Positions 40,483 to 49,848 of a stretch of DNA of 64,000 bases are shown piece after piece (position 1 is the stretch's first letter; each line of letters begins with the position of its first letter). Under the pieces are notes generated by a model. That model did not search any database, was not told the DNA's origin, and saw nothing but the letters and a program-made list of their open reading frames with translations. The stretch is from Candidatus Multivoradales bacterium (GTDB taxonomy: Bacteria > Acidobacteriota > Thermoanaerobaculia > Multivoradales > JAHEKO01). The stretch is from NCBI GenBank assembly GCA_965223855.1, contig CBDCXM010000009.1, positions 2,272,001 through 2,336,000 on the forward strand, given 5' to 3'. Made by a program: the position numbers and the translations under genes.

Positions 40483-40542
40483 CCTTGGCTCCTGTCTTTG
40501 GAATCGATCGCTCGCAGACCGACGGGTCGCGGCGACAGGTCG

Positions 40543-42141
40543 TTACGGTGTCGGTACGTTGCCGCGCCAGAACTCGCGGGCGTAGGCGTAGGCCTGGCGA
40601 CCGATGCGGCGGCCGAGAACCCGGCCCCTGAGGTCGCCGTCCTGGAAGTGAATCCCCCCGTAGAGACGGGAAATGCCGGCCTCGTTGGCGGCATCGATCA
40701 TGTTGCGCCAGCGTAGCACCACGGTTTCGGCCGGCGTGCCGGACTCGACGCGCAGGCTGCCCGCGATCTGGATGTGCTCGCCGAGCTTGTCGATCTCGCC
40801 GTCGCCGTCGTAGTCGTCGTCGAGACGGGTCACGCCGTCGTAGAGCCGGTCGCTACCGGCGAACGCCTTGAGCACCTCACGGGCGGCGCGGCTGAAGGTC
40901 GAGTGTCCGGAGACGTACTCGGCGAACGGCGGCGTGACGAAGGTGAGCTCCTGGAACGGTCGCCAGTCGTAGCCGCGAATCCGCTGCGTCCCCTGGTTGG
41001 GGCCGCCCCAGGCGTCGATCCGCTGGTTGCGGTACTTGTCCCGGACCGCGGACTCCGGGCGCACGAAGTCGTAGTGGCGCTTCGCCTCCCAGGCCGCGAT
41101 GCCGGCGTCGAGCAGGGCGCCGTTGAGAGCGAAGAACATCCGTGCGTCGTCGGCGACGTTGTGACGGTCGCGAATGGAGATGCCCTGGGCGACCTGATTC
41201 CAGTGGCCCGGCGGGGTCCAGGTCCGCGGGCCGTCGGCCCAGAACTCGGCGATCACCTTCTGCTTGTCGGTCAGTGCCGCCTGGATCGCGACCACTTCGT
41301 CGGTCTGGCTGTTCCACGCCTCGTCGTGCGTCGACAGGCGGCCCCGGGCGTCGACGTAGGGTGCCGTCGAGTAGCGCTGCGGCGGACCCGGCGGCCTGAA
41401 CTGATGGCCCGAGGTCATGGAGAACGGCTCGACCGCCCCCCAGTGCGGCGTGAGGAACTTCTGATCGGTGTAGGTCGACGGATCGTCGTTGTCGATGATC
41501 GCGTTGCCCTCGGCGTCGACCAGAGTTCCGTTGGCGACCCTCAGCGGCTGCCAGTGGTTGGGATCGAAGTCGCTTCCGCCCGGGGCGGCCGACGACTCGG
41601 GGTCGGGGGAGTTCTTCGGTGCGTAGGGGACCGGGTAGGTCGAAGAGGTGAGCTCCTGGAAGCCGCGCCGCGCGTTCGAGCCGTCGCGGTATCGCTCGGC
41701 GAGTACCCTTGCCGCGACGACGTTGCCGACGCCGGCGGGGGTCGTCACGTCGCTGGTGTTGTTGCCGGGGTCGTAGCCGAGGTCGCGCATCGCCTGCCGG
41801 AAGAGAGGGCGCTGGTTCGGGTAGATCCGACTCAGCACGCGATAGGCCGCATAGCTGACCGCCTCCTCCCGGTTGGCCCGGTTGAATTCGTCGGCCGGCC
41901 GCTTGTAGTCGTTGCCGGTGACGTAGCCGTAGGGCCGCGGATGGTAGGCGGCCCACGCGTCGTAGACCGCGGTGCTGAGAACGAAGAATCTCCAGGTCGT
42001 CGCCGTCGGGTCGGCGGAGTTCCGCGTCACGGCGTCGAGGGCGATGCGGTTCCAGTCGACGACCACCGAAGCAGCCTGCGTTGCGGGGGCACAAAGCGCG
42101 GCGACGACGAGGAGAGCGGACAGACGGAGCTTGAGCGGCAT
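40543..42141 (-). CDS. Secreted vanadium-dependent haloperoxidase family protein
   Basis: Signal peptide, K..Y...RP, PPFAEYVSGHS and SRLYGGIHF vanadate-binding motifs; start at ATG 42141. Confidence 0.85.
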   Translation of the reverse strand: MPLKLRLSALLVVAALCAPATQAASVVVDWNRIALDAVTRNSADPTATTWRFFVLSTAVYDAWAAYHPRPYGYVTGNDYKRPADEFNRANREEAVSYAAYRVLSRIYPNQRPLFRQAMRDLGYDPGNNTSDVTTPAGVGNVVAARVLAERYRDGSNARRGFQELTSSTYPVPYAPKNSPDPESSAAPGGSDFDPNHWQPLRVANGTLVDAEGNAIIDNDDPSTYTDQKFLTPHWGAVEPFSMTSGHQFRPPGPPQRYSTAPYVDARGRLSTHDEAWNSQTDEVVAIQAALTDKQKVIAEFWADGPRTWTPPGHWNQVAQGISIRDRHNVADDARMFFALNGALLDAGIAAWEAKRHYDFVRPESAVRDKYRNQRIDAWGGPNQGTQRIRGYDWRPFQELTFVTPPFAEYVSGHSTFSRAAREVLKAFAGSDRLYDGVTRLDDDYDGDGEIDKLGEHIQIAGSLRVESGTPAETVVLRWRNMIDAANEAGISRLYGGIHFQDGDLRGRVLGRRIGRQAYAYAREFWRGNVPTP

Positions 42142-42315
42142 CGAGGTCTCCCAGCGAAGGTGAGGGGTGCGGCGGTAGACGGAGCCGGTTGGCGTCGTCG
42201 GGATCCGGCGGCGGCCGATCGGGGAGAGAAGATTGTAGTGAGCGCCGAAAACCCGGGTCAAGGAAGCGGCCGCCCGGGTCGTTCGGCTCCGGTCTCGTGC
42301 GCCCTGAAACGCGCG

Positions 42316-42344
42316 TTGACTTCGAACGGGCGCTTCCATACTAT
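42316..42344 (+). promoter_or_regulatory. Sigma70 promoter of the tRNA-Val/tRNA-Asp/rpmG operon
   Basis: TTGACT-N17-TACTAT followed by a GC-rich discriminator. Confidence 0.8.
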
Positions 42345-42360
42345 TTGCCGGCCCCGAACG

Positions 42361-42435
42361 GGGAGGTTAGCTCAGTGGGAGAGCATCTGCCTTACACGCA
42401 GAGGGTCGGGGGTTCAAATCCCTCACCTCCCACCA
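42361..42435 (+). tRNA. tRNA-Val(TAC)
   Basis: GGGAGGT/ACCTCCC acceptor stem, CTGC-CTTACAC-GCAG anticodon arm, CCA end. Confidence 0.96.
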
Positions 42436-42488
42436 ACGGCGCTACGCCGGGCCGGCCTCCTCACGAGGGCTGACTTTCGGGTCAATGC

Positions 42489-42565
42489 GGGGTCGTAGTT
42501 CAGCTGGTTAGAATGCCGGCCTGTCACGCCGGAGGTCGCGGGTTCGAATCCCGTCGGCCCCGCCA
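42489..42565 (+). tRNA. tRNA-Asp(GTC)
   Basis: GGGGTCG/CGGCCCC acceptor stem, CCGGC-CTGTCAC-GCCGG anticodon arm, G73, CCA end. Confidence 0.96.
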
Positions 42566-42632
42566 ATCACCACAGCTCTGGACACACAGCCCAGGACCCA
42601 CAAACAGGGCCCACACTTCAGGACACAGAACG

Positions 42633-42788
42633 ATGCGCGACAAGATCAAGTTGGTTTCGAGTGCCGGTACCGGTTACTTCTACACCACCGACAAGAACAA
42701 GCGGCTCCAGCAGGGCAAGCTGACGCTCAAGAAGTACGACCCGAAGGTCCGCAAGCACGTCGAGTTCGTCGAAGAGAAGCTGAGGTAG
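42633..42788 (+). CDS. rpmG: 50S ribosomal protein L33 (Cys-free type)
   Basis: [24 protein letters not shown]...[15 protein letters not shown]. Confidence 0.96.
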   Translation: MRDKIKLVSSAGTGYFYTTDKNKRLQQGKLTLKKYDPKVRKHVEFVEEKLR

Positions 42789-42842
42789 CGACGGCGGCGG
42801 GCCGGGAGCCCGCGCCCGTGTGCTAACCTCACGAGGTCTGTC

Positions 42843-42876
42843 GCGCCGAGCGCCTGTCGCTCGGCGCTTTGCGTTT
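42843..42876 (+). terminator. Intrinsic terminator-like hairpin after rpmG
   Basis: GCGCCGAGCG-CCTGT-CGCTCGGCGC followed by TTTGCGTTT. Confidence 0.6.
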
Positions 42877-42959
42877 GAGAACAGCGTCCAAGAACGCAGC
42901 GTTCAAGGACGCCGGTTGCAGGGTCTTGCGCCCTCCACTCCACCGAAAAGGAGTGGAAG

Positions 42960-43664
42960 ATGCTCAACCCCCGACCCGACCAGGCCCTACCCGAAGAGCC
43001 CCGGCCGCAGGACCACGAACCCAGGAGACCCGAGCGGTCCGCTCGTGAGTTGCTCGACCGCTGCGCAGCCGGTGGCAGCGAGAGCGACTGGCGCGAGTTC
43101 GAACGCCGGTTCGAGCCGTCGATGCGCCAGGCGATCCGGCGCATCCTGCTGCGCGCGATGGGGCACGTTTCCCGCGACATCGAAGACGACCTGATGCAGG
43201 AGGCCTATTGCCGCCTGCTGGCCGACGGCAGGCGCCGCATGCACAAGTGCGAGAGATCGGACGATGCAGGCGTCGTCGGTTTCCTCTGCCGGCTGGCCGA
43301 GAATGTCTCGCGCGACGTCGGCCGCAAAGAACGCGCCGCCAAGCGCGGTCGCGACCGCACCATCTACGGCTCCGGCGCCGAACTGGGCGTCCTCGCCTCG
43401 TATCCCGATCCTCGGGCCGAGCCCGACAGGCGCATGATGGTCGCCGAGGGGGCGCGGATCTACTTCGAGCACGGTGAGCGGGCGCTCAACGGCCTGACTC
43501 CCCGCCGCGACCTCGAGGTGACCTTCCTCGCCGAGTTCGGCGGCTGGACGAGCCGCGAGATCGCCGAGCGGTTGAGTCTGACGACGACCAACGTCGACTC
43601 GATCGTCCACCGGACACGGCAGCGCCTGGCGGCGGCCGATCTCGCGCTGCGTCCCGCCTCGTGA
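42960..43664 (+). CDS. Divergent ECF-type sigma-70 factor (orphan)
   Basis: DDLMQEAYCRL region 2 and TSREIAERLSLTTTNVDSIVHRTRQRL region 4. Confidence 0.75.
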   Translation: MLNPRPDQALPEEPRPQDHEPRRPERSARELLDRCAAGGSESDWREFERRFEPSMRQAIRRILLRAMGHVSRDIEDDLMQEAYCRLLADGRRRMHKCERSDDAGVVGFLCRLAENVSRDVGRKERAAKRGRDRTIYGSGAELGVLASYPDPRAEPDRRMMVAEGARIYFEHGERALNGLTPRRDLEVTFLAEFGGWTSREIAERLSLTTTNVDSIVHRTRQRLAAADLALRPAS

Positions 43665-43670
43665 GCGGCG

Positions 43671-45290
43671 TCAGTTCAGGCCGAGGCCGGCGGCGGAGGG
43701 GACCTCCGCGTCGAGGCTGCGCCGTCTCGCCAGCAGCTCACCGGCGTCGTCGAAGAGCTCGAGTGCCCGCTGGATCTGCGGATCGCCCTGAGCGAGCACC
43801 TGGTAGCGCGCTTCGATGCCGAACGCTGCGTTGAGCACCTCGGCGACGATGTAGCGCAGCGCCGTCTCGCGCGTCTCCTCGTCGGCGAACCCCTCGTCGA
43901 TACGCTTCTCGGTGGCGGTCTCGCGCTCCAGCAGCCAGGCGGAGAAGTCGTCGAGCAGCGTCGCCGGCGGCTCCCAGTCGCGGTCGCGAATCTGCTGGTC
44001 GGCGGTGATCTCGACGGCGAAGTCGAAGAAGGCGTTGCGGCTCAAAAGGAACTGGACGAAGGGCGCCAGCGTCGCCGGCTCGACACGGATGTCGGGCTCG
44101 ATGCCGCCCTCGCCGAACACCTCCCGGCCGAGGTCGGTGAAGTAGGTCTCACGCGAGTCGTCGTCGGTTTCGACCGCGGCCTGGGCTTCGTCGCCCGAGC
44201 TGCGGTAGGACGCATAGTCGAACCACGACGTGTAGTCGCGCTGGATCAGCCGGCCTGACGGGGTGTAGTACTTGGCGGTCGTCACGGCGAGGCCGTTGCC
44301 GTAGGAGAGGGAGTAGACGGTCTGCACGAGCCCCTTGCCCCAGGTCGGCGTGCCGACAATGAGCCCGATGTCGTGGTCCTGAATCGCGCCGGCGAGGATC
44401 TCCGCCGCCGAGGCGGTGCCGTCGCTCACCAGCGTCACCACCGGGATGTCGATCTCGTGGTACTTGTCGCCGGCGGAGAACTCCTGGAACGAGTCGCGCG
44501 TGCGGCCGCGGGTCTCGACGATCTTGCCGTCGCCCGGCACGAACTGGTCGGCCACGACCACCGCCTGATCGAGCAGGCCGCCGCCGTTGTTGCGCAGGTC
44601 GAGCAGCAGCCGCTCCATCCCCTGTTCCTTGAGGTCGGCGATCGCGTCGCGCACCTCTTCGCCGGTGCCGCGGTTGAAGTCCGACACCGCGAGGTAGCCG
44701 GTCCCCGGCTCGATCATGTAGGCGTAGCGCACCGTGTTCTGCGGGATCTCGGCTCGGGTGATCTCGAGCGGCAGCGGCTCCGGCAGGCTGTAGCGGACGA
44801 TCTCGATGTTGACCGTCGTCCCCTTGGGCCCCTTGAGCTTGCGCACCGCGTCGTCGACGTTCATCCCCTCGGTCGGCTCGCCCTCGATGGAGGAGATGAC
44901 GTCGCCGGCGCGGATGCCGAGCCGGTCGGCGGGCGTGCCCTCGATCGGCGTGATCACCGTCAGCCTCCCGTTGCGCTGGCCGACCAGGATGCCGAGCCCC
45001 GAAAAGGTGCTCTGCTGCCGGTTGCGCATCTCGTCGAACGCCGCGATGCTGAAGAAGTTCGTGTGCGGGTCGAGGGTGCGCACGAGACCGTTGATCGACG
45101 ACTCGACCAGCTCCTCGTAGCTGCGCTCGACCGGGTACTCGTCGTGCAGCACCGAGACGAGTTCGGTGTAGACCTTGAGCACGTCGCGCGCCTCGTCGGT
45201 GATCGCGAGGACGTTCCTGCCCAGCAGCCCGCCGAAGATCACGGCGGAGGCGAAACCGGTGAAGGCGGCGATGCGCCAGGGGCGTCTCAT
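43671..45290 (-). CDS. S41 family carboxyl-terminal processing protease
   Basis: LDPHT, PDZ domain, DLRNNGGGLL, TASAAEI and GKGLVQ motifs. Confidence 0.93.
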   Translation of the reverse strand: MRRPWRIAAFTGFASAVIFGGLLGRNVLAITDEARDVLKVYTELVSVLHDEYPVERSYEELVESSINGLVRTLDPHTNFFSIAAFDEMRNRQQSTFSGLGILVGQRNGRLTVITPIEGTPADRLGIRAGDVISSIEGEPTEGMNVDDAVRKLKGPKGTTVNIEIVRYSLPEPLPLEITRAEIPQNTVRYAYMIEPGTGYLAVSDFNRGTGEEVRDAIADLKEQGMERLLLDLRNNGGGLLDQAVVVADQFVPGDGKIVETRGRTRDSFQEFSAGDKYHEIDIPVVTLVSDGTASAAEILAGAIQDHDIGLIVGTPTWGKGLVQTVYSLSYGNGLAVTTAKYYTPSGRLIQRDYTSWFDYASYRSSGDEAQAAVETDDDSRETYFTDLGREVFGEGGIEPDIRVEPATLAPFVQFLLSRNAFFDFAVEITADQQIRDRDWEPPATLLDDFSAWLLERETATEKRIDEGFADEETRETALRYIVAEVLNAAFGIEARYQVLAQGDPQIQRALELFDDAGELLARRRSLDAEVPSAAGLGLN

Positions 45291-45411
45291 AGCAAGTCAG
45301 CTTATCAAGCCGCCCGTGTGGCCGATGGCGCCTTCCGCGGGGTGTCCGCAGAGTGCCCGCCGGGCGGTTCCTCCTTGACAACAAAGCTGGAGCCGCCGAT
45401 CATCCCAACCG

Positions 45412-45819
45412 ATGATCGGTTCCCTCGGCATGCCCGAGCTCGTCTTCATCATGGTGTTGGCGCTGCTCGTCTTCGGGCCCAAGCGGTTGCCCCAGGTGGG
45501 GCGCACCCTCGGCAAGGGGCTGCGTGAGTTCCGCCGGGCCACGTCCGACCTCAAGCGCACCGTCGAAGTCGAGATCAACGCACCGGACGAGCCGGAGTAC
45601 CGGTCGCCGAGACCGGCTGCGGCGGCGAGTGTCGAGAAGGCCACGACGGCTGATCCGGACACGATGGAGGGGCCGCCGGTCGGCGAGAGCGGCTCGGATT
45701 CGCACCCGAAAGCGGAGTCGGAATCGAGCAGCGACGGGGAGAGTGACCCGACCGACGCGGCCGGCGCCGAGGCGCGTGAGGAGACCGCCGGCAGCGACGC
45801 GTCGCCCAAGGCGAACTAG
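45412..45819 (+). CDS. Twin-arginine translocase TatA/TatB subunit
   Basis: LGMPEL...LLVFGPKRLPQVGRTLGKGLREFRR. Confidence 0.9.
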   Translation: MIGSLGMPELVFIMVLALLVFGPKRLPQVGRTLGKGLREFRRATSDLKRTVEVEINAPDEPEYRSPRPAAAASVEKATTADPDTMEGPPVGESGSDSHPKAESESSSDGESDPTDAAGAEAREETAGSDASPKAN

Positions 45820-45821
45820 GG

Positions 45822-46631
45822 ATGACCGAGCCCCAGCCAAGGCGGGTCGGCGGGGGAGCCGAGCCGGGAGAAGAAGACCTCCCCCGGATGACGCTCCTCG
45901 AGCACCTCGACGAGCTGCGCAAGCGGATCGTCAGGGCGCTCATCGCGCCGGCGATCGCCTTCGTCGGCTGCTGGAGTTTCCGCGAGCAGATCGGCGAGTA
46001 CCTGGCGCGGCCGATCTACAAGGTGCTGCCCGAGGGGACGAAGCTCGCCTTCCTCGGCATCAGCGACCCGTTCGTCCTCTACTTCAAGATGACGGCGCTC
46101 GTGGCGCTCTTCATCGCCTCGCCGTTCGTCTTCTACCAGGTGTGGCGCTTCGTCGCGCCGGGGCTCTACTCCAAGGAGCGTCGCTACGCACTGCCGTTCA
46201 TCCTCGCGACCACGTTCTTCTTCGTCGCCGGCGGCGTCTTCGCCTACAAGGTCGCCTTCCCCTTCGCCATCGACTTCCTCATCGGCATGGGAGCGGAGTT
46301 CGAAGCGGTCATCACCGCCGACCGCTACTACCGCTTCCTGATGTACATCATCTTCGGCCTCGGGCTGATGTTCGAGCTGCCGGTGCTGATCTTCCTGCTG
46401 GCGAGCCTCGGGGTGGTGAGCCCGCGCTTCCTCATGCGCCACTTCCGCTGGGCGGTGCTCCTGATCTTCGTGCTCGCCGCCTTCGTCACCCCGACGCCCG
46501 ACGTCGTCAACCTGTGCATCTTCGCCCTGCCGACGATCGGGCTCTATCTCGTCGGCGTCGGCGCCGCCTGGCTGGTGACGCGGGGTCGCGACAAGGACGA
46601 CGAGGACGAGGGCGAAGAACAGCCGGCCTGA
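45822..46631 (+). CDS. tatC: Twin-arginine translocase subunit TatC
   Basis: MTLLEHLDELRKR, YQVWRFVAPGLY..E, FELP and TPTPD motifs. Confidence 0.96.
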   Translation: MTEPQPRRVGGGAEPGEEDLPRMTLLEHLDELRKRIVRALIAPAIAFVGCWSFREQIGEYLARPIYKVLPEGTKLAFLGISDPFVLYFKMTALVALFIASPFVFYQVWRFVAPGLYSKERRYALPFILATTFFFVAGGVFAYKVAFPFAIDFLIGMGAEFEAVITADRYYRFLMYIIFGLGLMFELPVLIFLLASLGVVSPRFLMRHFRWAVLLIFVLAAFVTPTPDVVNLCIFALPTIGLYLVGVGAAWLVTRGRDKDDEDEGEEQPA

Positions 46632-46708
46632 GTCCTCGTCTGGCGAAGTAGCTCCGGCGTCGAGAGGGTAGGATCGGCGACAAGCAACTCGTATCAAGGA
46701 GGTCGGGT

Positions 46709-47371
46709 ATGTCCACGTCGACGACTCCCACGCGCGCCACGGCAGCCGCCAGAACGCGTGCACTCATCCGCTGGGGCGGGCTGGCCAACATCGGAGGCGG
46801 TGTGGCGGTGGCGGCCGCCTACATCCTGCACCCCAGCACCGTGCCGCCCGAGATCGTCGGCAGCGGCTTCTGGATCCTGGTGCACGCCATCTTCCTCGTC
46901 TCTCTCGTTCTCGGCATCTTCGGCCTCTTCGCCCTGCTGGCGGCGGGCCTGGCCCGCGAGGTCGGAGGGCTGGCGATCGTCGGCACGATCGCCGCCGTCG
47001 TCAGCCTCATCCTGATCGCCGGGCTCGACTACTCGGAGGTCTTCATCTTCCCGACCCTGGCGCACGAGTTCCCGGCGGTGATCGAGAAGTACGGCGCCGG
47101 CGACTCGATGCCGTCGGTAGCCTTCGCCTTCCCGGCCTCCGGCGTGCTGTTCATGGTCGGCTATCTGATGCTCGCTCACGACCTCCGCCGCACCGCGACG
47201 GTCGCGACGGCGAGCGCCTTCACGTTGATGGCGGGAGTGCTGATCTTCACCGTCGGTCTGAGCGGCTTCGTGCCGATGCTGGTGACGCAGGCCGGAGCCG
47301 TGATCTTCGGCGCCGGCCTGGTCGCCATGGGCCGCGACCTCTGGCAGCGCCACGCCGACGGAGCACGGTAG
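46709..47371 (+). CDS. Hypothetical multi-pass membrane protein
   Basis: About 6 hydrophobic segments; strong AAGGAGGT RBS. Confidence 0.75.
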   Translation: MSTSTTPTRATAAARTRALIRWGGLANIGGGVAVAAAYILHPSTVPPEIVGSGFWILVHAIFLVSLVLGIFGLFALLAAGLAREVGGLAIVGTIAAVVSLILIAGLDYSEVFIFPTLAHEFPAVIEKYGAGDSMPSVAFAFPASGVLFMVGYLMLAHDLRRTATVATASAFTLMAGVLIFTVGLSGFVPMLVTQAGAVIFGAGLVAMGRDLWQRHADGAR

Positions 47372-47376
47372 CGCCG

Positions 47377-47736
47377 ATGGCCGAGGCGCCGCGGTCCTAC
47401 TCCGGCTGGATCGCCGGTGCGGCGGTGCTGATGATCGCCGCCTCCTTCGTCGTCCTGACGTTGGTGGATGGGGTCGGCGCCTACGCGATCACCGCGCTGG
47501 TGTGGGGCTCGATCCTGCTGTCGATCGCGCTGCTGATCGCGGCGCGGGCCAACACGCGGAGCCTGCAGCACCGCGAAGCGATGGAGCGTCTGCGTGAGAA
47601 CACTGCCCGCCGCGACGCGTATCAGGAGGTGCTGAACCGGATCCTCGAGGACGGCCTGCCTGAGGGCGTTTCGATGGCGGACGTGCACGAGGCTCTGGGG
47701 GGTGACGTTGACGAGCCGGGCGACGACCGGAAGTGA
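47377..47736 (+). CDS. Hypothetical 2-TM membrane protein
   Basis: Two TM helices plus a charged helical tail; 5 bp from the preceding gene. Confidence 0.65.
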   Translation: MAEAPRSYSGWIAGAAVLMIAASFVVLTLVDGVGAYAITALVWGSILLSIALLIAARANTRSLQHREAMERLRENTARRDAYQEVLNRILEDGLPEGVSMADVHEALGGDVDEPGDDRK

Positions 47737-48253
47737 ACCGCGGAAGTTGCGACGACTGGTGGCAGCAGCCGCGGTCGCCTCGCTCACCGCGGTGGCCGCG
47801 GCCGGCGCTCAGCCGGAGACCACCCTCATCGACTTCTCGTTCGAGGACCAGTTCGGCCGCACCTACACCCACGAGAGCTGGCCTGGACGCGGGCTGATCG
47901 TGGTGGCGGGGGATCGGAAAGGGAGCCAGTTCACCAGCCGCTGGAGCGGGGCGCTCCGCACCGGTCTCGAGGAGCGCGGCCGCGGTGACGCCTACCGCAT
48001 CGTCGGCCTCTCCCATCTCGATTCGGTACCGCGTCTGCTGCGCCGCATGATCCTCAAGAAGTTCCCGCAGGACGAGGAGAGCTGGGTGCTGCTCGACTGG
48101 AACGGGCGCTTCGCCGACGCTTACGGCTTCGAGAAGGACAGTTGCAACGTCTGGGCGTTTTCCGCCGAGGGCGAGCTTCTGGTGAGTCGAGCCGCGACCG
48201 AACTGGACCCCGAGGCTCTCGAGGAGATGCTGGCGATCCTGGTGGCCGACTGA
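47702..48253 (+). CDS. Exported thioredoxin-like fold protein without CxxC (YtfJ-like); true start may be TTG 47747
   Basis: Signal peptide, DFSFEDQFG, VLLDWNG...AYG pattern. Confidence 0.65.
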   Translation: MTLTSRATTGSEPRKLRRLVAAAAVASLTAVAAAGAQPETTLIDFSFEDQFGRTYTHESWPGRGLIVVAGDRKGSQFTSRWSGALRTGLEERGRGDAYRIVGLSHLDSVPRLLRRMILKKFPQDEESWVLLDWNGRFADAYGFEKDSCNVWAFSAEGELLVSRAATELDPEALEEMLAILVAD

Positions 48254-48348
48254 GAGTCAGTGAGGTGTGCTCGCACGCTCCGCGTCCTCGTCGTCGAGGA
48301 GGCGCTCGAGTCCCTCGAGGGCCGGCATCGAAGCCTGCGGTCTACGAG

Positions 48349-49242
48349 CTAAGCCTCGTCCGGCGTCCGCCGCCAGCGGCGGTGCCACCAGACCCACTGC
48401 GCCGGGTGGCGGCGGACGTGGGCTTCGACGACGGCGGTCATCCGGGCCGTCGCTTCGGTGACGTCGTCGGGTAGCTCGAGCGGTGGCTCGAAGCGCACCG
48501 TGTGGGTGCCGTCGGCGCCGCGCGACAGCAGCGCAGGCACGACCTCGAGGCCGTGCTTGACCGCGATCTCGGCGGCGCCAGTCGGGGTGTAGGCGGGGCG
48601 GTCGAAGAACGGCACCAGCACGCCGTCGACCTTGGTGTCCTGGTCGATCAGCATCACCAGTGCGCCGTCGCCCGAGAGCGCCCGCCGGAGCAGCCGCGGC
48701 GCCCCCGGGCTTCCGCGCTCGATCGTCTCGGCGCCGGTGGCGCCCCGCAGTGCGGTGACGAAGGTGCGCAGCGCCTTCTCGTCCGAGCGCCGGCCGACGG
48801 CGAAGAGCGGCAGCTCGTGTCGGGCACACTCCGCCGCCAGTAGTTCCCAGAAGCCGCAGTGCGCCGTCAGCAACAGAATGCGGCGGCCCTCCGAGCGCAG
48901 TGCCTCGACGTGCTCCCACCCCTCGGCGACCATGCGCCGCTCGAGAACCCGGCGGCCCCTTGCCAGCAGCTGCAGCGCTTCGGCGGCGTTCATCGCCGAA
49001 TGGAAGAAGCACTCCCGGCACAGCGCCTTGCGTTCCTCGAGGGGCAGCTCGGGGAAGGCGATCTCGAGATGCTCGAGGCTGCGCCGCCGATAGCGGCCGT
49101 TGGTGCGGTAGAGCAGCCACCCGAGCCCCCGACCGAAGCCGCGCAGCGCCCGGTAGGGAAGCCGCCCGACCGTGTGGACCAGGCACGGCAGCAGCAGGGC
49201 GAGGGCGCCCGAGCGCAGCCGGCGGTAGAGCGGGCGGCTCAC
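48349..49242 (-). CDS. Lipid A biosynthesis acyltransferase (LpxL/HtrB family)
   Basis: AHCGFWE, LIDQD, VPFF and PAQWVWWHRRWR motifs. Confidence 0.9.
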   Translation of the reverse strand: MSRPLYRRLRSGALALLLPCLVHTVGRLPYRALRGFGRGLGWLLYRTNGRYRRRSLEHLEIAFPELPLEERKALCRECFFHSAMNAAEALQLLARGRRVLERRMVAEGWEHVEALRSEGRRILLLTAHCGFWELLAAECARHELPLFAVGRRSDEKALRTFVTALRGATGAETIERGSPGAPRLLRRALSGDGALVMLIDQDTKVDGVLVPFFDRPAYTPTGAAEIAVKHGLEVVPALLSRGADGTHTVRFEPPLELPDDVTEATARMTAVVEAHVRRHPAQWVWWHRRWRRTPDEA

Positions 49243-49251
49243 TCGCCGCGC

Positions 49252-49821
49252 CTATTCAGTGTCAGGGAGCTGGCGGTCGAAGGTGAACGGCCGGAAGACA
49301 TCGTCCCAGTCGCCGCGCGCCCGCAGGATCGCCTCGATCGCTTCTCGCACGCAGCCCCTCCCGCCGCCGGCGTCGAGCACCCGGTGCACCACCGTCCTGA
49401 CCTCGGGGGCCGCGTCGGCCGGGGCGAACGCCAGCCCGCAGCGCGCCAGCACCACCAGGTCGTTGAGGTCGTCGCCGATGAAGGCGATCTGGCGCACCGT
49501 CAGGTTGCTGTCTTCGAGGAAGGCGTCGAGCGCCGCCCCCTTGTCGCTGATGCCGTCGAGGATCGGATCGAGGTCGAGCTCACGCGCCCGGTGCTCGAGG
49601 GCGGGGGAGGAGCGGCCGGTGATCACGCCGGTGCGCAGCCCCGCACGCTGGGCGAGCCGCAGCCCCATGCCGTCGCGCACGTCGAAGCGCAGGAGGCCGT
49701 GCCCCCGGCGGTCATAGTAGAGCCCGCCGTCGGTCAGCACCCCGTCGACATCGCACAGCAGGCACTCGATGTCTGCCGCGCGGCGGGCAAAATCCTCGTC
49801 GCTCGTCACGAGCGTGTTCAT
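49252..49821 (-). CDS. kdsC: 3-deoxy-D-manno-octulosonate 8-phosphate phosphatase
   Basis: DVDGVLTDG, ITGR, GDDLND and GGRGCVRE motifs. Confidence 0.93.
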   Translation of the reverse strand: MNTLVTSDEDFARRAADIECLLCDVDGVLTDGGLYYDRRGHGLLRFDVRDGMGLRLAQRAGLRTGVITGRSSPALEHRARELDLDPILDGISDKGAALDAFLEDSNLTVRQIAFIGDDLNDLVVLARCGLAFAPADAAPEVRTVVHRVLDAGGGRGCVREAIEAILRARGDWDDVFRPFTFDRQLPDTE

Positions 49822-49848
49822 CGCCAGCGCCCCATCAGAAGTGCCCCA

